From assembly GCF_006345805.1 (NCBI RefSeq), contig NC_043003.1:26102001-26166000 (forward strand): a DNA stretch of 64,000 nucleotides, written 5' to 3'. The position numbers were made by a program, and so were the translations under genes. Source of the stretch: Octopus sinensis (Eukaryota). Positions 25,616 through 38,278 of this stretch are shown here, in pieces (within the stretch, counting starts at the first letter, position 1; each line of letters opens with the position of its first letter). The notes beneath the pieces are model-generated. The model was not told where the DNA came from and did not search any database. It saw only the letters and a program-made list of their open reading frames with translations.

Positions 25616-27259
25616 CTAGAGAAGAAAAAGAAAGAAAAATATAGTAATAATCGTAACAGCAGTAACAACAATATTGATTTCATTTTTTTGTTACAAGTAA
25701 CTTGATTGAAAGAGAACCTTGTAACCAGTGATAGTTTGACCCTTTCGCATTTAAACTGGCCATATCCAGCCCAAATATTCTATTTGTTCTGTATTTAAAC
25801 CAATCAAATCTGGCCTCTTACATGTACCCTACAATGTCATTCTAAAAAACAACTGACAGAGTAATCTGAATACTAAAAGGTTGATCAAACAGTGTAAGAG
25901 CTAGGATACAAGGTAACAGGTGACAGAGAACTCTTATAGACTAATTGGAAAATTTGTCTATAAGAGTCTTTATGGAATAGTTTGCTTTTCAATATTTTAT
26001 TCAGGAAAAAGATGGCAAGCTGGCAGAATCATTAGGATACTGGACAAAATGTTTAGCAGCATTTCATCTGTCTTTATGTTCTGGGTTCAAATGCTGTTGG
26101 GGTTGACTTTGTCTTTTATTCTCTTAGGGTCGATAAAATAAGTATCAGTTAAATACTGGGGTCGATGTAACTGACTTAGCCCCTTCCCTGAAACTGCTGG
26201 CCTTGTGCCAAAATTTGAAACCAATATTTTATTCAAGAAGTAAGGCATTGTTCGAGATACCTTACAGTGTCTCCAAAGCTGACAGAAAGGAAGGAGGCAA
26301 GGAGAGGATAAGAAGTTATCCTTAAACTAGAGGTCAGGCCTACATGCTTGCAATAGAGAGGACTTTTAAAAGTACCCAAGGTGCTAGGTAGTGGTGTGGA
26401 TGAGATGAGTTAAATCAAGAAGTAAAAAATCTAATGTTTTAGGCTTTGGCCTTCATCTGAGAGGGCAGAAAATATGATGATCTTTAGCAATTGAGGAGGG
26501 GCAAGCTTACTTCTTTTGTTCATATATTTCTTTCCATGTAACAGCATTTCACACCCATACCCTGGCACACACTACCAGCACACCCTCCACATTCCTCTTG
26601 CCTTCCCCTTTTACCTCACTCATGCTTGCTGTTACCTATCCACTGCCACACTTTCCTCATACACAAATCCTGACACCTCACCACCCACTAAACCATGCCA
26701 CTATATTTCAGCACTTGCACACTTTTACCCACATACACCCCCTCCTCCACATGCCCATCTCTAAAGCCAAATACACTCCTATACATGAACATACACACTT
26801 GCCTCTCCTGTCTTTTCTTAACTTCCCTCACAAAAGAACTGCATTTCCTCCAGGTTCCTAGCGCCTTGCCAATTTTTTCCCTCTGTTATCTAATTTACCT
26901 CTTTCTTATTTCCCCCTTTGCTTTTCTTTTTTTTTCTGATGCAGGACCAATGTCCAAAATGTTAGGACTCTTCTGCTATCTATCAAGGGTTAAGCTATGC
27001 AGTAAATCAATACACCTCTTTATTTCCAAAACTGACAAAAATACATATAGAATTGGACAGGCAAGTGACATGAGAAGATCTCTATATTGTCACCCAACCT
27101 AATAGAAATTACAGTCAAATTTCCTTCAAATTACTCTATTCTTGTTAAAAACGAAGGATACACTGGATAATGTAGAAGTCCCTAGAATACGAAAAGGCAG
27201 AATGGTCATAACTTGAACACACTTGCTCACAATTTTACTTGAGTAAGGTTCATCTAGGT

Positions 27260-27485
27260 CAGTGGTTCTCAACTGGGGTTCACATGACCCTTTGAAGGTC
27301 CATATAAAATTTTATTACACTTCCACAATACACAAAATAGTTTAACAATTTATTTTTATACAATCCCTGATATTTAATTATAGAAATACAATAGGATTCA
27401 TTTTTAAGCATTGAATGGGTATAAAGGTCCCAGTTGAGTAAAATAGGAATTAAAGGGGTCCATAGGTAAAAGATGGTTGACCCCC
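27260..27485. mobile_element. hAT/Charlie-like MITE (CAGTGGTTCTCAAC end)
   Basis: Terminal motif plus body shared with ~10007-10645, 37955-38493 and 60116-60833. Confidence 0.65.
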
Positions 27486-27531
27486 AACAACAAACACAAA
27501 GAACAAGGTAAAAGTTATGTTGGTTACTCAC

Positions 27532-27629
27532 AGCTTTATTTGTTATTTTTTCCACATTAGATCGCTTCAAAGGGGCAGAGGTAGTGTTAAGCATCAGCTT
27601 ACTTTCATGACCAGTGTAAATAACAATAC
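27532..27629 (-). CDS. ATP8A1: ATP8A exon g (98 bp): GIVIYTGHESKLMLNTTSAPLKRSNVEKITNKA
   Basis: gtgcag acceptor, gtgagt donor, phase 1/0; YTG.E.K motif. Confidence 0.93.
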
Positions 27630-28413
27630 CTGCACATTTGAATAAATAAACATATAAATAAATGACAACAACAACAACAATAAAAACAACAATAATAAAT
27701 AGCAATAATTTGATTCAATCTCCTAAAGGCCTCAGAAAAAAAAGTGGGAGCATAACTTAACTCTCTTGGAATCAATTGAATGAGAGTTAAATTTATGCCC
27801 CACCCTACTCATAGGGTAAAGACGTCTCCCCTAGAAAGTAACCCTCCAAGGCCAAATCTGGGCAAGGTTATTTATGGAAGACCAGCTGTTGCCCATGCAT
27901 ACCAGCCTCTCCTTTTCACACTACCGATGTTATTCAAGGGAAAACCAAATGTCGATACAGCTTGGCACCTGTGATGTTGCAACTCATTTCTACGGCTGAG
28001 TGAACTGGAGCAACGTGAAATAAAGTGTCTTGCTCAAGAACAATACACAACCTGGTCTGGGAATCAAACTCACTACCTCATGATTGTGAGCCTGATGCCC
28101 TAACCACTGTGCCCATAGAAAATAGCACATACATAATAGCAAGCAGAATTAAGTACCTTCTCAAAGATACAATGAAATACTAGTAATGAATCTGAATTGA
28201 AGTTAAGTTAGGCACTAGCAGACCAATTACACAACCCATGTGGTTATATTACTTTGATACATTGTTGAAGAGAAAGGGGCATGCCATTAAAATGCAATGA
28301 ACCAATCAATGCCTCATTGGAAATCAATAACCAATCACATTATTATTCACCAGTTATGATGTAGAATAAATAAGTATTCAATCTCTTTTTCATCTAGTTT
28401 ATTACAGGTACTC

Positions 28414-28800
28414 CAGGCACGTGCTGTCAGTAATTACTCAGGGTAGGCAGTTGGTGACGTTTATGTAGTAAAACACAGGCACGTGACTGAGTTGTAGGTA
28501 GATTTACTTCTGCCTTTATAGCGCATACAGAAAATGTTGTTGTAGGAATGTACGCAGCATGTGTACTACAGCAATACTATGTGTAGCTTTAATACTGAGA
28601 TTGAAAGGTAGAGGTGAATTATGCCTACCGTATCTACAGAAAAATAAAATATTTTGCATTTTATGCATAGTAATCAGAGTAAACTTCACAATTCTATTGA
28701 ATTTGGTGCATATTTTGCCATAAAAGGAAAATGTTACTATTGATCTATTTTATTCAGGGTAGGCACTGCCTGCCTTGCCTACACAGGTGGCACGTCCCTG
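28414..28800. mobile_element. hAT-type MITE with perfect 8-bp TSD
   Basis: TIRs CAGGCACGTGC / GCACGTCCCTG (1 mismatch); AGGTACTC duplicated at 28406-28413 and 28801-28808. Confidence 0.9.
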
Positions 28801-29433
28801 AGGTACTCACTGAGCTCAGACAGCAAAAAAATGACCCCAGCAGAATTTGAATTTGGAACCAACAGAAGTAGCTTTGAATACAGTAATGCTTCTATTCTTT
28901 TACTCATTTCAGTTATAGGACTATGGCCATGCTGGAGCACTGGCTTGAAGGATTTAATTGATCAAATTGACTCCTCTATTATTTTTTGAGTCTGGTATTC
29001 TATCAGTTTCATTTTCAGACACATGCACACTTTCATTTCCATTTTCTGACCATCTACTTTCCATGTTAGCATGGGTTTGGATGCAGACTTATTTGAAGTA
29101 CAATTTTACAGCTGGGTGCTCTTCCTGTCATCAACTCTTACCTATAAGGTGTGTGTGTGTGTGGTTACTGCAAAGTTTCTGCCAAACAAATTCACTAACA
29201 AGGCATTAAGGCAGGGGATTATAGAAGACACTTGCCAAAGTGGCTGTGCAGTAGGACTACATCTGAAACCACGTTGTGCAGCAAACTTCCTAACTACACA
29301 GCCATGACTGTGACTATATCCACAGTCTATACCTTCTAAATACAATTACAATCTTAGTCTGAGACAAAACAGTAAAAATTTTTTTTTTTTTAAATGAAGG
29401 AAACAAAAGAATGTATCAAACACAGATCCTTAC

Positions 29434-29504
29434 CAAAGATCCATTTTGTGTTTCTCAGCATAGCACCTCGTAATAACAACTGGTCTGGCCCCAAAGGAAT
29501 AGCT
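29434..29504 (-). CDS. ATP8A1: ATP8A exon f (71 bp): QAIPLGPDQLLLRGAMLRNTKWIF
   Basis: ttacag acceptor, gtaagg donor, phase 2/1; LLRG..LRNT.W motif. Confidence 0.95.
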
Positions 29505-30584
29505 CTGTAATACAATGACAAGACATATCAGGTGTTTGAACATCAGAAGCATGTGTGCATGAGAAAAAGTGAAAGAGAGGGGAATAAAAAGTGATGAGAA
29601 CTGTATTTTTTGGTTAAGAAGAAATCACATAAAGCATTTAGCACTTAAATTGGCCATATCAGGCCAAAATATCTTACTGGGTTTATGTTCAAACTGGCCA
29701 GATCCAGCCTCTCACAAACATCTTATAAAATCATTTTAAAAATAAACTATCACATCTTCAAAATCTCAAAGCTGTTGGATAATGCCTGATTGGTTAAAAA
29801 TTAATCCTTTCTGGTATAGGCACAAGGCCTGAAATTTGGGGGAGGGGCCAGTCGATTAGATCGATCCCAGTACACAGCTGGTACTTAGTTTATTGACCTC
29901 GAAAAGATGAAAGGCAAAGTTGATCTCAGTGGAATTTGAACTTAGAATGCAGTGGCAGACAGTATGCCGCTTAAGAATTTCACCTGGCGTGCTTACGATT
30001 CTGCCAGCTCGCTGCCTTGATTAATTAAAAATAATGTGAATAAATAATTATTACATTTCACAGAGTAATCTGAATGCTAAAGGGTTGATTGGTGTGAATA
30101 GTTCTACTACTGGAAGGCGGCGGTTGCAGTTGATGTAGTTGTTTAGTCCCAGATCAGCCATGGCTGAACAGCAGGCACTTACAATCCAACTGTGACCACC
30201 TTGTCATTTTGTGTATGAGGAACCATACTGTCTCATATGTTCTCCCATTTTTAAAATGCAAGTTAAGTGATTTGAAATTAAGTTGACTACTATATCCAGC
30301 AGGTTGAATAACCACCTGAAGGCTCTCTTGTTAGCTTGGTGAAAGACATAATGGTTCTGGGGGTGACGATGGTGGGTGGTGGTGTTCCTTAACCCTATGT
30401 TGGCTTGATTGAACCACCTACAATTAAATCCTTCCAGCAATGACCAACCTGTCCTTTTCCAGCTGTCCATGTACTATTAGATATCATCATTTTCACAACG
30501 ATAGGATATGATTTCAGGTAAATTTAGCAACTATTTCTAGCTGGTCAAGCAACCACATACAGGTATCCAACTGGTTGATAGTGA

Positions 30585-30800
30585 TGCTATTGATGAGTGA
30601 TGATGATGATGGTGATGTGCAATACTAATGGAGATGATGATGCTGATGGGAATGATGAAGCTGATTGTGGTGAAGCTAATGTTGATGGTGGTGATGGTAA
30701 TACTAATGATGAGGATGATGATGATGATAATGACTGTATTGATTGTGATGATGCTAGTGATAACATTGGCAATGATCACGATAAGTTGACGATGGTAATA
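30585..30800. repeat. Degenerate (GAT/GGT)n low-complexity tract
   Basis: Triplet periodicity; a similar tract lies at ~10895-11000. Confidence 0.85.
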
Positions 30801-30994
30801 TATACGAGTAATTTAGACCAAAGTCAATACCCATCTTAGAATACATCCTCAAGAGTGTTCTGGCTATGACCATTCAGTCTTCCCTTTCAGTTTATCAGCA
30901 ACTGCCTTATCCGATGTGTGATTTCTTGGAGATTTGGCAACTGTTATTTCTAGCAAGTCTCATAGATCATGTAAATAGTGTCTGATTACTTCAT

Positions 30995-31380
30995 TCTTTT
31001 ATTCTTTAACTTGTTTCAGTCATTTTGAATGCGACCATGTTGGAGCAGCACCTTTTTAGTCAAGCAAATAGACCCCAAGACTTATTCTTTGTAAGCCTAG
31101 TACTTATTCTATCGGTCTCTTTTGCCGAACCGCTAAGTTACAGGGATGTAAACACACCAGCATCGGTTGTCAAGTGATGTTGGGGAGATGAACACAGACA
31201 CACAAACACATACATATATACGACGGGCTTCTTTCAGTTTCCGCCTACCAAATCCACTCACAAGGCTTTGGTCGGCTCGAGGCTATAGTAGAAGGCCTAA
31301 AGTGCCTCGCAGTGGGACTGAACCTGGAACCATGTGGTTGGTAAGCAAGCTACTTACCACACAGCCACTCCTGTGCCTAT
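30995..31380 (-). mobile_element. SINE family A
   Basis: Full-length match to the other copies. Confidence 0.85.
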
Positions 31381-32043
31381 TGTCATTGATGACAATAATT
31401 TCAATGATGGTAATGATTTAGCATCAATTGGAACAAGGATATACACCATTACTTCACAACCCTATAATCGCTTACACACCCCGAGTCAATGAGGGAGCTG
31501 TATGTGCTCGAATGACATGCAAGAAATAGCAGTCAAATCTCTCTTGAATTATACTCTAGCATGTTAGAAAAAGAGTACACAATGGATGACAATATGGCCC
31601 TCAATTCACTATGCTTAGAAAAAAGATGGGAAGGTCAAGGCAGGAATGTCTTTGATTACACATTCACTATCTCAGGGTCCCAGGTTAACATGGAAGAAAA
31701 CTATTCACATCACCAAAAGAAAAAAAAAAGCGCTAAACCACAGAATAAAATGCCTACACACTCTTCCTTCTTTTTTTAAAATTACATACATTAATATTCA
31801 TACACATGATATACACAATGACATATACATATTTATACTTTCAAATACATGAGAACACAATTCTATTAATATATTCAAAGACATTACATATTTGCATAAC
31901 CTTATACACACACACACATGCCCATACAGGCATGCATGTGAAAAATACAGACCTCATACATACACACAATATACAAACAGACCCTCATCCACTCAAACAT
32001 ACAATACACTTCTTCATACATGCAATGCACACATGCCCTCAAA

Positions 32044-32079
<36 letters not shown>

Positions 32080-32333
32080 GTACACACAAACACTTGTACA
32101 AACACACAACATAGATAAACTCATAAATATATAACACAGTCCACTTCATATGTACAAACAGCATACATACATCCCTTATACATAATCACACACATACACA
32201 ATAATATATTCATGCATAATTAAAAAAAACAATGACTCATTTATTGAAGGATTAATTATGAAAGCAGAGAGGAAGAATTAAAAAAAATAAAGGACGAATT
32301 AAAGCTACTAATCTGCCATTGGTTGAAACTTAC

Positions 32334-32461
32334 TGTCTGCCAGATGGCCGGATATTGCCAGCAAAATCATAAAGGAAACGGTTTGGTGTTTCACATTCAA
32401 CGGTCCCACTGAGTTCCATGAGGTCTTGATGTGTCAGTAACCCAGATGTTTGAGGCAAACC
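32334..32461 (-). CDS. ATP8A1: ATP8A exon e (128 bp): GLPQTSGLLTHQDLMELSGTVECETPNRFLYDFAGNIRPSGR
   Basis: tttttccag acceptor, gtaagt donor, phase 0/2. Confidence 0.95.
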
Positions 32462-33696
32462 CTGGAAAAACAATAGATACAAATACTGAGTGTCTGATAG
32501 GACAGGGGGATAAGTTACACTCAAACAGCCACACTCACATTTCCCTATAAGCTTGAGTGTGATGTTTCAATGTTTGTTTCACCTAACACAGATTAGTGAG
32601 GTTAATTGGGTCCAAATACCAGGGCCAACTGTCTTTTCACACCTTGGTTTTCCTTCCTGCCCTTAATTTTTTTTCTACAGATTGAGTTTTTAGACAGGCT
32701 AAAAGAGGTAATGCCCATAATGTTTGCAGGAAGAATGTAGACAAAGAGGAAATCATGTCTGACTGCTGCACTTCAATAAAGGTGTCAGAGATGGGGGTTA
32801 AACCAGGAAGCATGTGAGACCAACCACTCAAAAGAGACAGATAAATCAAAGATAAATAACAGGTGCCCAAACTAAACATTACCTATATCAATGTTACCTG
32901 TTCAGGAGGGCCTACAAAGGTCATGACCACTGCAGTTCCTTTCCTCTCTGACAAAACTTTATTAAAAAAAAAAATCCATCTGGTGTAGACGTAGCAAGTG
33001 AAGGCGTGTATGTATGGTTAGGAAGCTTCCTTCTCAACCAAGCAGTCTCAAATTCAGTCCCACTGCACAGCACCATGGGCAAGTGTCTTCTACAGTCCTG
33101 GACCAACCAGCACTTAATGAATTGATTTCGTAGGCAGAAACTAAAAGAAGCTTGTGTGGTGGTTGTAAATGAGCACCACCATCACAAAAGCAGTAATTTG
33201 TTTCCAATCTGCCATAAAAAAAAATGTTTGACCATAGGGAAGTATTACCTCACTTGGAAATAGATGGGGGTTGGTGACAGGAAGGGCATCTGGCACCCAT
33301 GCAAACATGGAAAAGTGGACACTAAATGACAACGATGATGTTGATCTCATCATCATCATCATCATTTAGCATCCATTGTCCATGCTGGCATGAGTTGGAT
33401 GGTTTGACCAGGGCTGGCAAGCTGGGAGGCCGCACAAAACTCCAATCTGATTTTGCATGGTTTCTATGGCTGGATGCTCTTCCTAACGCCAACCACTCCG
33501 AGAATGTAATTGTTGCTTTTATGTGCCACTGGCATCCTACTATGTCACTCCCTCCCTTCCACACACATTCTTAAAACACTAAATCTCCTTTCCCCTTCAC
33601 AAAATTTTCTCAAGACACCTTCCCTACATTCTGAAGACACAAAATAATAATTTAGAATGGAAAAAACATTAGAGTCGAATTTTCTTCAAAACTTAC

Positions 33697-33766
33697 TTGA
33701 CGTATTTTCAAGTTGGTTTCCCCATCTAGGTTGGAGGTTTCTATGTAACACATACCTTGGGGCTCA
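33697..33766 (-). CDS. ATP8A1: ATP8A exon d (70 bp): [24 protein letters not shown]
   Basis: ttttctag acceptor, gtaagt donor, phase 2/0; P4-specific DGET motif. Confidence 0.96.
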
Positions 33767-36324
33767 CTAGAAAATCAGACAAAAAAAATAAATCTTATAT
33801 TTAAAAAAGAGAAAAAAAGAAATTAATGCTCCATAAACAGAAAGGTAAAATAAAATCATAATGGAGATCCTCACAAGTTACCATGATAACTTCAAATTTG
33901 ACAGTATATCTCTCTGCTTCTTGCGTTTCTTGCAGTAAATAGTCACCAGAATTGATAGATTAGCCATAATGAATTGCATTTGAAAAAAATCATACTGGAC
34001 ATAGAAAACAAAACAGAAGCCAATGTTGCACCATTTGATGAATTGAGGTTTGATATTTTGGCAAGGGAACCATTTGAACTGTTCAAAGAGACTAGATTTG
34101 TGATGTCAAGAAGTACATCTCTCCAAAGTGGTGTCCTTGAGGCATTAGAAAAGATGAGCAATTTTTCTCCTCCATCATTCTGAGTTCAATCTCAGGCAAG
34201 GCACTAAGGTAATTCACATAATTCAACTGAAGCAAAAAATGTCATGTAATGCAGAGAGTGGAATGAGAACAGTGTACCCAGTAGATCAAATAAAGTGTTA
34301 GATTTGAAATTCTGATACAACAGAATTCAACACAAGACACTTGAAGAAGGACAGAGCATTACAACAACCAAAACAGTGAAAACAACAGTCAAGATGAAGA
34401 CACCGATCCAACTAATATAAGCAGCATACATAAGAGCATGGTATATTTTACCAAGAAATACACATTAGCAAGTGACAGCTGGCTTTACTGTACAGTACTT
34501 TGTGTTGACATCTTTGTTCTGATTATAGTTGGGAGGTCAGCAATGAGTTACCACATGTCACTGACAAAATCGATGAACCAACCTAGGAAAAAACATCTAA
34601 ATAGTCGCTTGACTTACTAGAAATAGCAATCAAATTCCCCTCAAATTTGTCCACCATTTTTAAAATGGACATGTCAGATGATGTAGACCATCATAATCAT
34701 CATCATTTAACATCTGCAGTCCATGCTGGCCTGCGATGGACAGTTTTACATGAAACTCTCTGTTGTGGCATGGTTTCTATGGCTGGATGCCCTTCCTAAC
34801 AAAAAAATGAGAAGACAGGACGATCCCATATGAGGACCTTTTAATCATAGGTCTACTCAATCAAGGTTGACCTGGGAGTAAAAATACCACCCAAAATCCA
34901 GCTTCAACAACATCACAACTAGTGGATAGAGAGATAAATATTTAGATTCTCTTTACTTCTCTTTAAATAAAGCCATTAATTTCAGCAACAGTAAATTGAT
35001 GCAAATAGACAATAGACAAGCTTAAGAAGACATCAATTCTACCTGATAGTGAAGTGTTAACTTAGAGAAAGAGAAGCAGCAAGGAAAAGTGAGAGGAGAG
35101 AGAGCCTTCAACCTTAAACTACAGGACAACGTCCTATAGACACGGTTGCACAGCTTCACTGGACAGCCAGGTATCATCTCGACTTTACATCAACATTTGT
35201 CAAAGATAATTAAAGATACTTATTAACTCATCTGATAAAACCTGAAGGCCTTTGGATAGCAGTTTATTTATTTAGTGAAGCATAACTACAGTAGCAATTA
35301 TTATTATTATTATTATTATTATTATAAATTGTGTCAATCCAGCTTAAGCTGACTATTGACTGAAACAGCAAATTAGTGTGATCAGACTGACAAAAAGACA
35401 GGATATTTCACAAGATGAGATGAGATGAGGTGGTGCAAGCGGATGAAATTTTGTCACACAATCAATAAATGCAGGAACGGATGGACAAGTGAATGTGCAA
35501 GGAGTGGGCTGGGTGGGGGTGATGTTGGAGTCTAATGAGATACATCAACAAAGGAATGAAACAAAACAAGAAAATCAAAAAAGAAAAAAATAGAGAACAT
35601 TTAATCCTGAAGGAGAAAGGTTACAAGTTAATGTTGTGAAAAGATTTCAATTAAAATTAAAAATAAATTTACTAATTAATGAATTAAATACTTAAGCCTT
35701 CATGCTGCAGCGAAAGCATGAGGTTTAGTGGTTAGATTGTGTTTAGCTTATGATCCTAAGATTGTGGGTTCAATTCCTGGACCAGGTGTTTTGTATCCTT
35801 GAGCAAGATACTTCATTTCCTATTGTTCCAATCTACTCAGCTGTAAATGTGTACCAGCTTAGTGTTGGTGTAGCCCTCTCTATGACTACATAGGCACTTA
35901 AAACAATTAGTGGAAACAAGGTACATAACCTTTTCTACTCTAGGCACAAAATTTTGGGGGAGGATGCAGATTGATTAGATTCACCCCAGTATGCAATTGG
36001 TACTTAATTTATCGACCCCAAAAGCATGAAAGGCAAAGTCGACCTTGGCAGAATTTGAACTCAGAGCGTAACAACAGGCAAAATACAGCTAAGCATTTCA
36101 CCCGGCGTGCTAATGCTTCTGCCAGCTCACTGCCTTAAACATCGTACATAATACCAAGCCATACCAAGTGAGATAAAAATCTGAAAGGGAAAATTAACTA
36201 TCTGAAATAAACTGAGGACTTTTAACACTAACTTTAATCCGGCCATATCTGGCCCAAATATTCAACATGCTTAATGTTCAAACTGACCAGACCTCACCTC
36301 ACACACCTATCCTCAAAAGTGTAG

Positions 36325-36650
36325 AGGCGCTTGGATTAGTGGTTACAGTATTCAGCTCACAATTGTAAGGTTGTGAGTTTGGTTCCTGGTAGCATTTTGT
36401 GTCCTTGAGTAACACACTTTATTTCATGTTGCTCCAGTCAACTTAGCTGGCAAAAGTGAATTGTACCAGTAATTCAAACATTCAGCTTTGTCACATTCTG
36501 TGTGTCACACTGAATCTCCCTGAGAACTACATTAAGAGCATGCATGCCTGTGGAGCACTCAGCCATTTGCATGTTAATTTCATGGGCAGGCTGTTCAGTT
36601 GATTGAATTAATCGGAACCCTTATTGTCGTGATCGACAGAATGCTAGTTT
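36325..36650 (+). mobile_element. tRNA-derived SINE, family D
   Basis: tRNA-like head, then gtgtccttgag..acactttatttca.gttgctccagt. Relatives at ~2400-2725 (-), 27800-28115 (-), 35720-35900 (+) and 60840-61085 (+). Confidence 0.7.
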
Positions 36651-37052
36651 AAACTCTAAGGTCGTTCTAAAAATATACCATTACATTATTGAAATTCTGA
36701 AGATATGAGATAAAGCATGATTAATTCAAAACAATATGAATAAACAAGTATTACATTTGACAGATTAATCTGAATGCTAAAGAGTTAAACTCTTACTTTA
36801 TTGACATTGGACAGACATGTGTCCCCATCTTGTTTGTTGTTACCACAATGTTTTGGTTGATTTACTCACCAGGTGTCCTGGTGGAATTCTGAACCCAACC
36901 TTGGGTTCTCATTCCTAATGTATTTTCTGCTGATATTATTATTATTATTATTGTTTTATGTTTGACTTTTGCTTTGCATTTGTACAAGTTGGCTCTATTA
37001 TTATTAAACCATAATAAATCTCTGAGCGAGGTATAAACAGTAGCTGCAACAC

Positions 37053-37281
37053 ATCGTGAAGTATAATTGCCACTTAAATGTGGCTAACCCCTAAGGGTGG
37101 ATGCTACTGTAGCTTGTAGCCCCAGGAGGACACCTCCTCCAGCTGGCTATTGACACACTTTCTGTGCCCTAGAAAGTGTGTCAATAGCCAGCTGGAGGAG
37201 GTGTCCTCCTGGGGCTACAAGCTACAGTAGCATTCACCCTTAGGGGTTAGCCACATTTAAGTGACAAATATACTTCACGAT
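37053..37281. repeat. Near-perfect inverted repeat, 111-bp arms, 7-nt loop
   Basis: 37053-37163 versus 37171-37281, 3 mismatches by eye. Confidence 0.95.
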
Positions 37282-37477
37282 TATTATTACTATTATTTAT
37301 TCAAGGCACTGCCTGGAATTGAACTCGGAATCTTGGGGTTAATAGTCTGCACTCTTAACCATTATGCCATATGCCCATGAACATATAGCACAATAAAAAT
37401 AATAAATAAATAATAACAACATCAGCAAAAAATACCTTAGGAATTAGAAGCCTGGGTTGGGTTCAAAATTCCATCAG

Positions 37478-37523
37478 GACACCTGATGAAGGCAGGAGAG
37501 TAAATCAGCCGAAACGTTGTGGC
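37478..37523 (+). ncRNA. Minimal type I hammerhead ribozyme motif
   Basis: GACAC-CUGAUGA-A-GGC...GCC-GAAAC-GUU-GUGGC; intact core with palindromic AACGUU. Confidence 0.7.
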
Positions 37524-38237
37524 AACAAGAAACAAAATGAGGACACATATCCATCCTATGTAAATAATGTACAGAATTCCTCCTCTAAAATAGAGAACAG
37601 GTTAAACTCTTGTCGCTCAACTGAGTCATCCTGTTCAGATACTAAACACTTTTCCTTCTTTCCTTCAACTTCACTCCTAACTTAAACCCAAACTCAGTAG
37701 ATTATCACGGTTACAATTATCAGAGACCTTGGTCCTTTCAGATATTGTTACATGAAGGGTTCATAGTTATCTGGGTGGATGTAGTAATCCAAATATCTAA
37801 AACTGAATGAAAGCAATGAAGGGTGCTTGCACATTTGAAAGGCAGTAAGTAGGTTCTATGAATTGTTTTCTTCTTAAGAAAATAAGCATTTATGAAGGAG
37901 AGGTATGAACATGATCAACTCCAAAACCCTACCCTTTTATGTGATGGTTTAGTCCAGTTCCTCTCAACCACAGTCCATATGGCCCTTGGGGATTCATGTT
38001 AGATTTTGGTGCTAAAATTTGCACAATAAATTGCTTACACTTCTATAATACACAAAATATTTTAACAATTCTTTATTCAATTCCTAAAAATATTTTATTA
38101 CAGTAGGATTTTTATAATAGTTCTGCATTCAGTCCCACTGTGTGGCATCTTGGACACATGTCTTCTACTATAGCCTCAGGCTGACCAAAGTCTTGTGAGT
38201 GGATTTGGTAGACAGAAACTGAACGAAACCTACTGTG

Positions 38238-38278
<41 letters not shown>

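Larger units (their letters stand above)
36795..37600. mobile_element. Fold-back tRNA/hammerhead element, copy 2, with secondary insertions in its (ATT)n tract
   Basis: Arms homologous to 4064-4578, the same unpaired tail (cagaattcctcctctaaaatagagaac), and direct repeat GTTAAACTCTT at 36784-36794 and 37601-37611. Confidence 0.75.

Noticed and set aside
30537-30839. Asp-rich, Ile-rich and Ser-rich ORFs
   Set aside because: They come from a degenerate (GAT)n tract and have no splice context.
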